In this document: one piece after another, positions 63,227 through 64,000 of the stretch
Position numbering within the stretch: the first letter of the stretch is position 1
How the letters are laid out: each line of letters begins with the position of its first letter
Origin: Paraphysomonas bandaiensis
Lineage: Eukaryota > Protista > Chrysophyceae
Reading direction: 5' to 3'
Assembly: GCA_965644295.1 (NCBI GenBank)
Contig: CBFFRP010000150.1
Location: forward strand, 434,001-498,000
DNA: 64,000 nucleotides
Notes under the pieces: model-generated
What the model saw: the letters and a program-made list of their open reading frames with translations, nothing else
Database searches by the model: none
What the model was told of the DNA's origin: nothing
Program-made: the position numbers and the translations under genes

Positions 63227-64000
63227 TAACGGTTTAATTTGTTTTATTGTGATCCTAACCATTTATGCTTCAGATATATTTTTTTCTTTTGTACTGCGTG
63301 GTCTTGAGCGGTACTGCTCAGGCAGAGATGTTGGTGCAACTGAAGTGTAGCAGAGTATAATTAGATTGGTAGTTCATATTGTTGTCGTTATAGCTTATGA
63401 TGATTATTCTTTATCATTTCACTAAATAAATTGAATGGCTGCTGGTTATGAGCCAAAAAACTTTGTGTCTATACCTTCAACTATGACTAGTGTTTTGAAT
63501 TGAATGCACTGTTCACAAGCGCATTGAGTTTTCTTAGAGTTGTCACTCTTATCTTATCCTGGATCCATAATTTCAATAATGTCATTTAATGACTTCAATA
63601 ATAGTAAAGGGAACTTATTGTGATATGCATCCTATAAAAATATGGGATATTTTCTCCATTCCGAGGACCTGCTAGTATTGATTATTTTTGATAAAGCTAA
63701 ACATTGTCAGCTTATTATAACCCCGGCGCATTATCAGTTATTTTTCTGTGGCTCAATAAGCAAGCTCTTAAAAGCAGATAGACCTTCTCAACACTTACTT
63801 GCCTTATACATGAGAAACCCCAAACAGGTGTCATGACCATGTCTTGCCTGAGTAATACATACATGGGTCATAGGTCGCTATGGAATGTCCCGCTATCCTA
63901 TCTTCTGTGATTTAAGAACAATCCCTATCTAGCTATCTAGGACGAAACGTCTTTATATTGTGCTCTGAACTTCCCATATATACCTTGTTAGAATGATGTT

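Overview
Gene-dense eukaryotic nuclear DNA with short (~50-120 bp) spliceosomal introns and the standard genetic code. Ciliary genes (B9D1, PIERCE-like) point to a flagellated protist, probably a stramenopile (inference). About 19 protein genes are supported: kelch protein, PIERCE1/2-like, CaaX-tailed dual-specificity phosphatase, B9D1, membrane-anchored alpha/beta hydrolase, DUF1971/YeaR-like cupin, pseudo-receiver protein, P5C reductase, SNIP1, acylated EF-hand protein, flavin amine oxidase, Y14/RBM8A, eRF1, prominin/tweety-like protein, BK channel, MAPK, CaMK-type kinase and ARM-like or unknown proteins. There is also one dispersed 5S rRNA gene and much TE debris (pogo/Tigger in a (TATG)n tract, hAT-type MITEs, a piggyBac relic, LINE 3' fragments). 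The two most interesting observations are (1) a non-autonomous retroposon family with a fixed 5' end that folds like an HDV/R2-type self-cleaving ribozyme, a LINE-derived 3' tail with an invariant GNRA hairpin and 13-bp TSDs, found alongside relics of its partner LINE; and (2) an intronless, circularly permuted flavin amine oxidase. All calls were made by eye, without database searches.
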